DNA of 64,000 nucleotides from Amoeboaphelidium protococcarum X5 (Eukaryota; Fungi; Aphelidiomycota): NCBI GenBank assembly GCA_023515725.1, contig JALDTO010000136.1, positions 323,321 to 387,320 of the forward strand, read 5' to 3'. Shown piece by piece: positions 52,645 to 64,000 of this stretch (position 1 is its first letter; each line of letters starts with the position of its first letter). The notes under the pieces were generated by a model. It saw only the letters and a program-made list of their open reading frames with translations, ran no database searches and was not told where the DNA came from. The position numbers and the translations under genes were made by a program.

Positions 52645-55156
52645 GGCTTACAACGAAAGCGATTGACTTTGTCTTCACTTTAATAAAAATTATCCCAATT
52701 TGGGTCACAAGATTTCGCGCGAGGTCACAAACAAACCATTAAACTTGTCACAAGAATTGTCACAGAATAACTAGAGTTATTTTAGTTATTCTAAAATTTT
52801 CCGGTACCGTTTATTCTTCATTGCTGTGACTGAGAATTGGCTGAAACAGTGCATGTTGTATTTCAAAGCCGAATTTTCTTGGACTATACCAAACATGACA
52901 TTGATATTGCTCAGTATGCAGATATGTAAAGAATTTTTGAATTTTATAAAAATGTATTACAAAGAAGTCTAAATTCAAGGTTACATGATAAATATATATA
53001 TATAAAAGTCGACGCAAGCAAGTCATATATCAATTTCCCTGGACTTAATTTTCTTCTATAGATTGTCCAGTGACAGCTTATCACCAAGGCGCTTTCGCTC
53101 CAAAGCAGTGAGAACGTCATTTTCCGAAAGTCCACTATCAATCTTACTCTGAATAAATTTGTATATAACTAAACGCCTAGAAAAATGCTTCCTTTCACTG
53201 TCTTTGCTTCTCCACTTGGCCCCAAATTATTACTCCAATGATTCAACTGATGGATTACCACCAATGCCTTCTTTATACTCCCTCCACACATCCTGAACAG
53301 TTGACAGCCCACGAGACATGGTATACTACTGCGGTGGAAGAGCTCGAGCAGGTATAATATCAATGTTATCACCAACTTGATTCTGTAAGACGTTAGGCGC
53401 ATTCAAATCAATTTAAATAGGCGGCTAATGCAGCACATGATTAGCAGCTTATGGCTCAGCATATAACCGGACTGCAGTGCGTCCATTGAGTAAATCATTC
53501 AGAGTATTGCGCACTTGAGTATTTGAATGAGCATATTGTTCAACTTTATGATTCAAAACATCGATCTTGCCGTGAAGAGAATGACCAACAGAATCGATCT
53601 TATTTACCAACTCTGGCATAGCCTATTACAATCTCAATTCGGTAGGCGGTAGATTATTAATCCGAGCAGCAAGCAGTTACTCTTTATAATGCAAAAAATC
53701 CTGACTTCTAAATAGAGCATGATTAAAGAGAGTCTAATCTGGATACTAATCTTACATAATAGCCGCGTCCTACAAAACAACAATCCTCATGTACTTAAGC
53801 AGCTTAATAAACCCGGCGGTTGTCGTATGCGCTAGTTCTGCAATAACATACGTATCAATTTCTGGAAATATCAATCTCTGTAAATGTTCAGGCGGATCAA
53901 TTTATCCTCGATCTAAATAGAATGATCCGGAATCAGTAGGGAAACCAGCCAAAGATCTCATCGCTCCTCTGGGCAGTGCAGTCAAATAGCAGCCTTCCAT
54001 CGCCTGGCTGTTCCATCTCCCCAAGCGCCGAATATCACCTTCAGACGCACCCTGCAACTCTGCCATACGTGCACCTGCACCACGTCCGATATGAGTCTTG
54101 GCACTGCTTTGAATGTTACAGGCCCTCAAGCACTTGTTGACAGCATTATAATGAGTCTGGTAAGTCATCTCTTCAGTAAGTCCACGAGCTCGACAAACTT
54201 TGATCTAAAACCAATCTTGAGGACTAGTCAAATCAGGAAACGGCTCATTAAAGTCATGCCAACGCTGAAATAAATAAAGAGCCAATGCTCCGAAAGGGCA
54301 TATTTCAACGCGCTTATTTCTGAGGCATGAGCCAAACTCTTTACGATTGAACTGATTGGTTTTGCCTTAACACATGAGTACCAGTAATGCCCAACACTCA
54401 GTGAATCCTTCATTTTCCAATTTGATGGCATATAAATCAGCCAACTCCAAAGATCTTAAAGACTCGCCACGTAATAAGCAATAGTGCGCCATGAGGAACA
54501 TAAATCTGTCACGCAGCCCGTTCCGACCTCCTGAGTTCATGAACCAATCTGCAATTCTCTGCAGCTCTTCGACACTCGAATAGCCATCAGCTATGGTACC
54601 TGCTATTCTATCAGCATAATTGCGCCTATTTACCTAATCTTGCGCTCCTCTCACTTGATGAAGTAACTGCTTCACTGCCGGAAATTCTCGAGGCGGAGGG
54701 TAGTTGTTCATGTTGCGAAGCTTCTACTACTTATACAAATCTGTGATAGCTGCCACATATGAATTGACTGTAGGAGCACCAACAGTGACAGTGGGATCAG
54801 TTCTACTCGGTCTGCCAACCACCATATCGCTCACAAATGCATGCAATTTCTCCCCGGACACTGTATCTCTGTCTCTGAATTAACGCTCAGTACACCAATC
54901 TTGAAATTCAATCTGCTTTGGGTTGTATGCCAAATTAGTATTCTCCGGCCTATTCTCCGCTGCCAGCTCATAAGTCTCCTGAGCCCTTTACTGCAGATAC
55001 AGATCGTTTTCTCGATGTCTCTATTGAGTGGGTGATGATAGCATATTGTGTTGATGGTCAGGAAGCGAAAGAAAAGTTGACAAATTTTTCCGAGCGTGTT
55101 ATTAGTACTCGTGTCACACATCGCCCGCGTCACACGGTCATGACCCGTTACGGCTT
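52645..55156 (-). mobile_element. Crypton (CryptonF-like) tyrosine-recombinase DNA transposon; boundaries tentative
   Basis: Intact YR+GCR1_C ORF; GTCACA motif arrays at both flanks; candidate terminal direct repeat GGCTT at 52645-52649 and 55152-55156. Confidence 0.75.
53023..55044 (-). CDS. Crypton tyrosine recombinase (NDC10-II-like domain + GCR1_C), 673 aa
   Basis: RPENT..AY.PKQ.EF..WC, LLRGES, QGKTNQ, CPFGALALYLF, KTHIGRG, LGRW, GCYL; GCR1_C YTMSRGLSTVQDVWREYKEG...KWR...RKHFSRR; no in-frame TGA. Confidence 0.92.
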
Positions 55157-55219
55157 TTTTGTAATAAGTCCTAAGTATCAAAATTACGATTCTAAATACA
55201 GATCAATCCAAAAGTAATA

Positions 55220-57463
55220 ATGGATCCAAGGTTTAGAAAATAGAAAAAGAATAATATCAAAGTGGCCGTGGATGATAGATTCAAGAGTCTTTTAAATGAT
55301 CCCGAGTTTGATTCTATTGATGTGAATGGAGTTGGTGCCAGCTAAGGTGTAGAAAATAGACGCGTCGTTGATAAGTATGGGCGCTCTCTCAAGTCTAATA
55401 GAATCCGCAAAGATTAAATATCTACGCGTCAACATTCTGGTATTATTGGTAAATTGTATGAGCTTGGATAGTAGAAGTCTGAAGAGATAGATGCTCCGGC
55501 TGGTATACCGGATGATATTGAGGATGGCGATGATGTTGAGTCTCCAGCTGTCGATTTGGCTCGCGGTATTGGTATAGCTTCTGATTCTGATTCCGATTCT
55601 GACAGCGATATTCAGTAATAGTAAGAGAGGTCATACATTAGTGATGTAGATGGAGATAGTGAAGAAGATGGTAATTTTGATGTAGTGTAAATGAGTAAGG
55701 ATGCTTTAGATAGTGATGCTGGGGATGACAGCGAAGAAGTGGTTGATGAGATGGAAATTCTGGATCAAGTGCCTGACAGAGTGCCCATAATGGAGGATGC
55801 CACACCGCGCCTCGCTCTCGTAAATGTCGATTGGGACAATTTGAACAGTCACGATATTATGCGAATTATGAACGCGTTTAAACCTGCAGGTGGATCCGTT
55901 TTGAAAGTCGCTGTGTATAAGAGTTCATTTGGCAAGAAGCGCTTGGCTGAAGAGGAGCTATATGGACCTCCGAAAGAAATCTTTAATTCTTCATAAAATG
56001 GCAAGGCTGATGATGGTAATCAATCTGAGTATGACGACAATGACGAGAAATATCAATCTGAAGATTTAGAAGATTAGCTCCAATCATCTGATGGTCAAAA
56101 TGATAAGCTACTTTAAAATAGTTCTCATGAAGAGACTTTCAATGTGGTGGCTTTACGAAAGTACCAGCTTGAACGTTTGAGATATTATTACGCTATCATT
56201 ACGTGTGATTCCAAGGAGACATCGAGTGCTATATACTAGGAATGTGATTAGTTGGAATTTGAACATTCCACAACTCAGCTGGATCTCAGGTTTGTGCCAG
56301 AGGAGGAGTAGTTTAATGAGGATGACATCAGGGACTAGTGCTCATTTGAAGATTTTGATCAAGCGAACTAAAAGAATTCTCGTTCCATCATCACAGAACT
56401 TCGTAATAAGGCTAATCAGACTAATTATCTTGGCTACAGTGCTGTGAAATGCAGTTGGGATGATGATGCTCCGGAGCGAAAGGTTATGAAGAAGAAGTGG
56501 ACTAAAGAGGAGTTGTAGCAGATTGATTTTAATACTTATCTGGCCAGCGATGTGTCTTTATCATCGTCGTCGTCTTCTGAGGAGGAAGATGATACTGATG
56601 TAAGCAATGAAAGTGACGCGGAAGATTTACAAGAGGATGTTCTCAATTCAGGCCAAGTCAATGGACGTAATAGTTAATCCTTCAATTAAATCATTAAGCA
56701 GAAGAAGAGCAAGAAGAACAAAGGGAACAAGAAGGAGGCAATGAGAAGCAAGTACCTGAGTCTATTGCAAGGTGGCGGAAGTGATTCGGATTCTAATGCG
56801 GATGGTAATGGAAGTGATGGCAGCATGCAAGAGGAGATGGAAATATCATTCGCACCTGGTCTATCTGACGTGGCTCAAAAGCTGCTAGATGCAAAGAAGT
56901 AGCGTGAGCAGTAGCAGGGAGAGACTGTATTTGAAAAGTATTTGAGGGAGAAGAGTGAGAAGAGGAAAGAGTTGAAGAAATAGAAAAAGTCTTAGTAGCT
57001 TGCTGATGATGGCCCCAAAGATATGGACCACGATGATGATGATATACCTGCCGAGTATCGGGACGATGCATTCTTTTAGCAGGACATTTATGGCACAGAT
57101 TTTGATGCTCCTGGGCATTAGATTCCCGCTACTGTTGGTAAAAGGCCAGGCAAGACATCAAAGAAGCGAAAGTCTGATTAAAAGGATGTTAGTAGTAGTA
57201 ACACAGACTTGGAACTCTTAATGCTGGACGAACGTTTCGATGGTAATCAGCAAGAAGACTCTGAAGAAGATTTCAGTTATCGCAAGAGTAAAAAGGGTAA
57301 TAAGAAGCACAAGTAGAAAAAGTTAAAAGGTGCTAATGATCAGTCTTCTCAGCAGCCTCCGTATGAGATTGACGATCGCTTCAAGGCATTGCGGGATAAT
57401 CCAGAATATGCTCTAGACCCGACTAGTAGTAAATTTCAAGAGATGAAAAAGGCTTAAAAATGA
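55220..57463 (+). CDS. ESF1: Pre-rRNA processing protein Esf1
   Basis: DPRF, VDKYGR, VDLARG, RLALVNVDWD, RKYQLERLRYYYA, LDLRFVP, C-terminal NUC153-like DDRFKAL...YALDPT. Confidence 0.92.
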
Positions 57464-57497
57464 ACAGTTATCAGGCAATATATTTAAAATTCATAGA

Positions 57498-58334
57498 TCA
57501 AGAGTACATTCTTTATTGCTATTACTATTTCCTAGGAGAGGATTTCTTGTACGATGATTGAGATGGCGGTGGTGGACAATGCTTATCCCAGTCCAATTTG
57601 ACAGTCTTGAAGAGTTCCATGACACTGCGCGCATCTTCAATACTGCAATGACCAACACTATGGCTGGTACTGGCAGCATTCTAAATCTCTTTCTGTAGCA
57701 CCTTCTCACACAGCAACTTCAGACCGGGCGTCCGTCCATGAGGCGTCAACTTACGAAATGGTGCGTACCGTGACGTGTCTCTGATCATATGCGGAGGATG
57801 GGATAATTATAGAGCCTTGAAATCAGAATGAACACTATGACCAACCACAATCTTATCCTTGATCAGAGCGTATACCTATCTCTATACGCTCCTGAAATCT
57901 CGCCCGTCTTTCAAATGATGAGGCAATATACCGCTGACAGCTGTTCTATAATCTGTGACTGGCTTGTGACATTTAACATAGGTATCCAGTAGAACATGAC
58001 CGTGATAATTGACAATTGATACTCGCGCCAGTGCTGACTACAATCCATTAGCGCCAATCCCCACCATCTCACAATCTATCGCCACGTACTTGCCCACTTT
58101 CTTCGTATCAGTCGGACTGTAATTGGTGGTTCGCATTCGCCTTTTACTTCCCTGCTATTACAGCGATTCCATCAGCTAAGTCTCCTATTAGCGCAAAGTC
58201 TCTGCCAACTCCTCTGGATCCACCACCTCAGACTACCTTCCATCTCTCTACTATCGCTCAGGATCCACATTGCCTGTAAACAGCTCATCCTTCTATCCAT
58301 ACTATTTCACAAGCTCATTAATATCTATATCCAT
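57498..58334 (-). CDS. REX4: RNA exonuclease 4 (DEDDh family)
   Basis: [60 protein letters not shown]. Confidence 0.9.
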
Positions 58335-58573
58335 CTCTCACACTCTTAATACTTTGTGTAATTGCTATAATCTCTAACAATACTATTTAATGCAGAACTT
58401 TCACAATCTCTCGCTGAGTAAAAACGCTCAAAGATTTTGATGGATTTTCAACTTTAGTAACGATAGCTTTCATTGTACTTTTTCATAATCTGATATCTAT
58501 ATCACACTCGTTAAACTTGGAGTTATTAAATCTTGAAATTTAGAATTTTTTCTCAGTATCTGCATAAGTGAAT

Positions 58574-60616
58574 ATGTAATAAGAGGTGGTTGGAGAGCCT
58601 GCGCGAAAGAGATAGAAGAGACGTGGTAAGAGAGCTGGAAGATCCGGTAAGTTGGATGTCGATCAGGATCAGCAGCAATAGTAGATGGATGATATTCACT
58701 AATTGCCATAGAAATAGTAATTGTCAGGACAGGATGTATTTGAACAATACAGATATCGCGCGGAATTTCAAGGAAGATTAAGTCCTGAAATGACCAAGTA
58801 TGTTGAGAGTATGCTCACCATTCTACAGGGAAAGTTTGATACTGATAATGATAATGGGGATGGTGATCACTCTCTGTAAGACTATGATGAGACGCGTCTT
58901 TTAATTGAATCGCTGTACGATGAGATTGATGGAAAAGAGTTGATGGTGGCCACGGACTATAGCGGAAGTAGATTGATGGAGTTGATGGTGCGCATGTCAT
59001 CAGAGTTCCAACTTCGCGTCTTGATGGATAGAATGCGTGGACATTACCTTGATATGCTTTGTGATAGAATGGCATCTCACGTCATTCAAGTTATTCTTCT
59101 CAAATGCCACGAGTTATTAATGATACATATGAATGATATCAGTGATAGCGCGATCGCAGCGGATTCAAAGAATGTCAATGATGACTAGGAAGAGCTAATG
59201 TCTTTGCAGTTGCAGCTAAATGCTCTGGTAGAGGAAGTCCATGAGAGCTTAATGTACTGTATTGTAAACTAGAATGCCAACTAGGTGCTGAAGATTCTGG
59301 TTTTGTTACTAGTCAGCGGTTATGATAATAATACCGTATCTGTTGAATAGTACCAGTAATTTGTTAATCAAGCCGTACATAACAAGGATGCTAGAATGAA
59401 GTTGATTGAGATCAAGTAATCAGTCATAAACGCGTAATAGACCGGCGGGTAATAAGTTGTAGAGCGCAAGTCATTCTATAGAGACTGTTTAGTCTTTCTG
59501 ATAGATAAAGTGAAATCATCATCGCTCCTAACTGCAAAGACTGTGTATCTGATGGGGACTAATAAGGCTACTGTATCCACTATTGTTTTACTGATCGGAA
59601 TGTTGAAGGTGATTGATGGCGAAGATGGTGTATTGAAGTTGTTGGAACTGGTAATCATCAAGTCTCGAATGTTCAAGAGCAACTTCGCGTCCATGGCCAA
59701 AGACTCTTCTGCTTCTCGCTTCATTGAGTTTATATTTGAATGTCTGTCTCCTTATCATAGTCAAGATGAAGAATGCGCTGCTGAAGGTGAATAATAATAG
59801 ACCCTTGATTAGAAGAAGGCTGTATTGTTGAAGGATTTATGGACTAGCTGCTTGAAGGATGATTTACGCGATTATTGCGCCCATCCGATAGGCAACTTTG
59901 TAGTCAAATCCTTCTTCAGTACCATCTATGGATCTATTGAACTATCAGAGATGGTTCTATAGTCAGTCGTTCAAGACTCTGAATTATTGAAGTCTTTGGT
60001 GCAAAATTGTTAAACAAAGTCTTAGCTTTTGATATCCATTTGTAATTTGGCATCTACTTCCCAAGTATCTAATGATTCTAATAACGCTCAGAGATGTATT
60101 GTCGATGCTATTAAGGACGGATACTAAAAGGGATAGAGTAAGAAGGACCAAGCTGGTGCTGCCAAATCATTGTAATTGATCGATTTCATTGGCGATAAGA
60201 ATCTATCTGGGGATAGTAATCAATATGCAAATGCGAATTAGTATAGAGAAATCAGTGCTGGTGGATGCACTATGCTATCATCGCTGTTCTAATTTGACTT
60301 TACACTTATCAAATGGATTGTGACCATGATGTTTCAATGCGCTCCCGCTGACTTGGTGTTGGTGGTGCAGAATCCACACGGTAGTAGAATGTTATAAGTA
60401 TTTGTAGAGAGTCCTCAGATACCTGATAGAACAAAAATGATGCTGTACAAACACTTGATATCTGGTTCATCTCCTGATCGCTCCACTCCTACTATTAACA
60501 ACAGTAATACTAGTAGTCTATCTAACTCGAATCGGCAGAAATTGCTCAAGTAGAAATACGCTTTGCACTTTGTCAATCTATTCAATGATAAAGGTGAACT
60601 AAGAATGAACAAGTGA
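58574..60616 (+). CDS. NOP9: Nucleolar protein 9 (Pumilio-repeat); C-terminus may be incomplete
   Basis: RRGKR N-terminus, EIDGKELMVATDYSGSRLME, ASHVIQ, SASRFIE, HPIGNFVV, NPHGSRML. Confidence 0.75.
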
Positions 60617-60736
60617 AAATTTTATATGATTTTCAATCAGTATTAGAATCATTATCTTTTTTCGTATCTTCCACCACCAGCACCTTGTGGGTAGCACTAG
60701 AATTATAAAATACTGATAGTAATTGGGAACGAGAGC

Positions 60737-61885
60737 TCAGAAATAATTCTTGCCACTATCGAGTAACATATTCTTCTCAAGACTAGAGCACAGTCGTGTA
60801 TCTTCATTCAGAACGGTGGTGAGATGCTCCAGACACTTTTACATTTCACCCAGGCTATTCAACATTTCCACAATCTACTACTCATCCAACACTTCAAATC
60901 CAGATACAGATGATATGTTAGATAGCTGATTCTAATGAGACTGCTGCTAATAATAATTAGGAACACTAGACAAGAGGTTAAATTTACTCTTCAAATCCTG
61001 CACTAGGCCAGTAAAGCTCTACGACTGCACTTGATCGTTCAGCTAATTCAATTGACGCGCCAATTCTTCTTCATTTCTGCTCAGTGATGGTTGGTCCTTA
61101 TTGGCCAAAAGTTGTATATGCTTGAGACATTTCAATAGTTTGATCTACAATTTCTACTGATTAGTTCTCACCAGAGTCATCTTGGGCTCTACTTGCATAC
61201 TCTTCTTATCTGACAGGAGTCCAATATCTGCAATCACCTCTTGCATTTTAGATTTGAATTAGCTCAACTACTTGTGTTGTGAATCCACCCTCTTCTACAG
61301 ATCCTCAAATGACTAGGCAAACACCGGGACCATACAAGATGGATCTGGTGAAGACTGGAGAGCATCACGCCACATTCCGTCTGGGATATTATTTGGCTTC
61401 TAATACATTCCAACCTGGCCTTTCTACACCATATTGTAGAAGGCATGCCGGAACTTGTACTTATGACTGTTGACATCATACGAAGCATTAATCTCCTCCA
61501 ACTGACTCCAAATCAATTCACTCTATTACTGCTCGGCACTTGTCTATTGTGGTTGTTGCATATTTTGCAAATTTTATTAAGCATTCTATGGTTGCTATTA
61601 TTGTTGTTAGTTGGAGCCAAACTAGAAATTGTTCTACTACTGAGCGGGTTATTACTACTGCTACTGCTAAGGAGGTTAACCAAATCCAAATTAGAACGGA
61701 CCGCTAGTTGAAGTTTGTTATTACTATGGCTATTACTGCTATTGATTATTATTATTACCACCAAAGGAAAATAATCCACCTCCACCTCCAGTCTATCCAG
61801 CACCAAACGCAGTCTATTATTGAGGCTACTACTACTACTGCTACTGATTCGAATTATTCTACTAATTACCACCAAAACTAAACAT
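60737..61885 (-). CDS. NUP54: Nucleoporin Nup54/Nup57 (FG/polyQ N-terminus + coiled coil)
   Basis: FSFG/GLFSFG repeats in polyQ written largely as TAG/TAA; YKFRHAFYN, W..A....PDPSCMVPV...FEDL.KR core. Confidence 0.85.
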
Positions 61886-62263
61886 TGTTCAATACAATTA
61901 AACACAAAGATATGAACTTCCAATATCAAATGGTGTTTATGATATCAAAAGACACGGATTTAAAGGTAATAATAGACAACCACAGGTAAATTAAGGTGGA
62001 AGAGAGAGAGAGAAAGGAAGAAACAAGAGACGAACGACTTCAGGGCGTGACAAACGACCAGGCAGAAAATGAACAAAGCGACCTGTCGTCTCTCAACGAG
62101 GAAAAGACACGCGTAAGAGCATCTAAGCTGCGACTTTTCAACTGTTTCAGATTCAGAAATCTGTCATCCTTCTAGTATTTATCTTAGGCACGTATATTTA
62201 TAAAGTTGAATTCATTGACAGTTTATATATATGATTAGCACCAAAAATCTACAGAGATAGCTT

Positions 62264-64000
62264 TCAATGAGACCACTCAATTGACAGCTGGATGGAGCGT
62301 TTCCATCTAGCAAACTTTTCTTCACGTTCTACAACAACACAGTTTCATAAAGGACGCGCGTGTAAGTCAATCGATCATAACATTATATATGGGAAACATA
62401 CCTTTTTTAGACCACTTGGGACTGAAAATGTCCATAGATTGTTAAGTAGCAGCGTCACTGGAAGTCAATCGATCAATTTAATAAAAACCAGTAGCGAGAC
62501 CGGCGGCTATTGCAGCACCCAGTGCAGTACTCTCCTTCATTTGAGGTCTCTGGACTGGAATGCCAAGAATGTCAGCCTAGATTTGCATAAGGACATCTGA
62601 ATTACTCATACCACCATCAACACGCAGAACTGCCAAATCAAACTAATGATCATTACTATCAGCCTTCATAGCCTCCAGAATCTCACGAGTCTAGAATGCA
62701 ACTCCCTCCAGTAGAGCACGGCATATGTGTTTCCTGGTGGTGAATTGAGACAAGCCAAATAGGCAACCGCGCGAATTCGGCTTCCAATACGGAGCAAATA
62801 ATCCACTCAGTGCCGGAACAAATATCACTCCTCCAGAATCCTCAACTTCCCCAGCCAGTTTACTTAGTTCCTGCGGAGTGGTTACCATTTCTAAAGAGTC
62901 GCGGAGCCAACTAACTGCAGCGCCACTTATAGCAATGGATCCTTCATAAGCATAACACACCTGCGCGTCTTTCCCCAACTTATACGCTACTGTAGTTAAG
63001 AGGCCACTCTCGCTAGGAGGAGGCACACGATCCGGACCTGTGTTCATAAGCATGAAGCAACCAGTTCCATACGTATTCTTTGCCATTCCTTTTTAGAAGC
63101 ATTTCTGACCCACAACGGCAGCCTGTTAATCGCCCAAACACCCGCTGATAACAACTCCATCCCATTAGCCATACCCACTGACGCGTCCATATACTTCACT
63201 TGAACTCCTGATATGAGGCAGAACACTTTCATCAATGTCAAATACTCTACACATTAGTAGCATTAATCAAGTAATGATGATAAAAATCATAATGTAAGGA
63301 CCCCTTACTGCATCATTGTTTGAGAGTATTCACAAGTCTGTAAATCCATAAGCATAGTGCGTGATGCATTCGTAACATCAGTCACATGCACACCTCCGTT
63401 GACTTTCCCAGTCAGATTCTACAAAGTAATGAATATTCGATTAAACAACAATACACAATAGAATATATTACATATATTATCCACGAGTCAACAGTTCCGA
63501 CGGCAAGTCTGTGCTCGTTGTACGCAGCCTGGACATTCCGATCATTATTTAACAACCACTTCAACTTGACAGCACTAAAATACGTACTAAACGGGAGACC
63601 ACAAATATCCACAAATTTTCGCTTATCACCCGCTCCTTTGTCTTCAACAAGCTCATCTACCAGATCAGATGTTCTTGAGTCAAGCCATACGATTGCATTA
63701 CACAGCGGTTCACCTGTTGTTTTGTCCCAGCAGCACAGAGTCTCGCGCTGATTAGTAATGCCAATGGCTACTACTTTGCACTTATTGCTGGTACTCTTTT
63801 ATACCTAATCAATGCACACATTGATAGATTTAATTATTTCATTTGGGTCTTATTCGCACCATCTACAAAGTACTGTAATATGATGACGAGTTTGACTAAA
63901 GTAACAATTAGATCGCGCTATGCATTCACTTACCCTGGTTGCTAGTAAATTGAAGGATACTCTTGCTGATGAGATGCAACTATATCGCACTATTTGTCAA
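62264..64000 (-). CDS. GUT1: Glycerol kinase, 5' end outside the window; introns 62329..62401, 63247..63308, 63419..63471, 63863..63933
   Basis: [75 protein letters not shown]; each intron restores the frame. Confidence 0.93.

Noticed and set aside
53023-55044. Host kinetochore Ndc10 or Gcr1-type transcription factor
   Set aside because: A full recombinase catalytic set and flanking repeat arrays favour a Crypton transposon, although domestication is not formally excluded.
61445-61929. Poly-Leu (+) and poly-Ser/Asn (-) ORFs in the track
   Set aside because: Antisense and off-frame readings of the TAG/TAA/CAG polyQ tract of Nup54.

Overview
Gene-dense eukaryotic chromosomal DNA that uses a non-standard nuclear genetic code: TAA/TAG = Gln and TGA is the only stop (translation table 6). 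This is why the supplied ORF track is shattered. Re-read this way, almost the whole window resolves into about 37 compact genes with few, short (53-73 nt) GT-AG introns and fungal/opisthokont-type proteins. This fits an aphelid such as Amoeboaphelidium protococcarum, but that assignment is inference. Housekeeping genes: VMA2, MRPS9, ESF1, REX4, NOP9, NUP54, glycerol kinase, DGAT1, a patatin lipase, UCH, a MUG/TDG glycosylase, a CLC transporter and ZFAND1. Accessory content: four 7TM-RGS paralogues (one frameshifted), a multi-TM TKL kinase, two XK-related membrane proteins, several secreted orphans including an inverted pair of repeat proteins, and a Crinkler-like NTPase/REase gene. Two mobile elements are present. 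One is an intact Crypton (tyrosine recombinase + GCR1_C) written in the host code. The other is a 163-bp hAT-type MITE (16-bp TIR, 8-bp TSD) inside the Crinkler-like CDS; it leaves the reading frame open and also carries in-frame splice signals, so it may be an introner-like element. Coordinates were derived by manual translation and no database searches were run.
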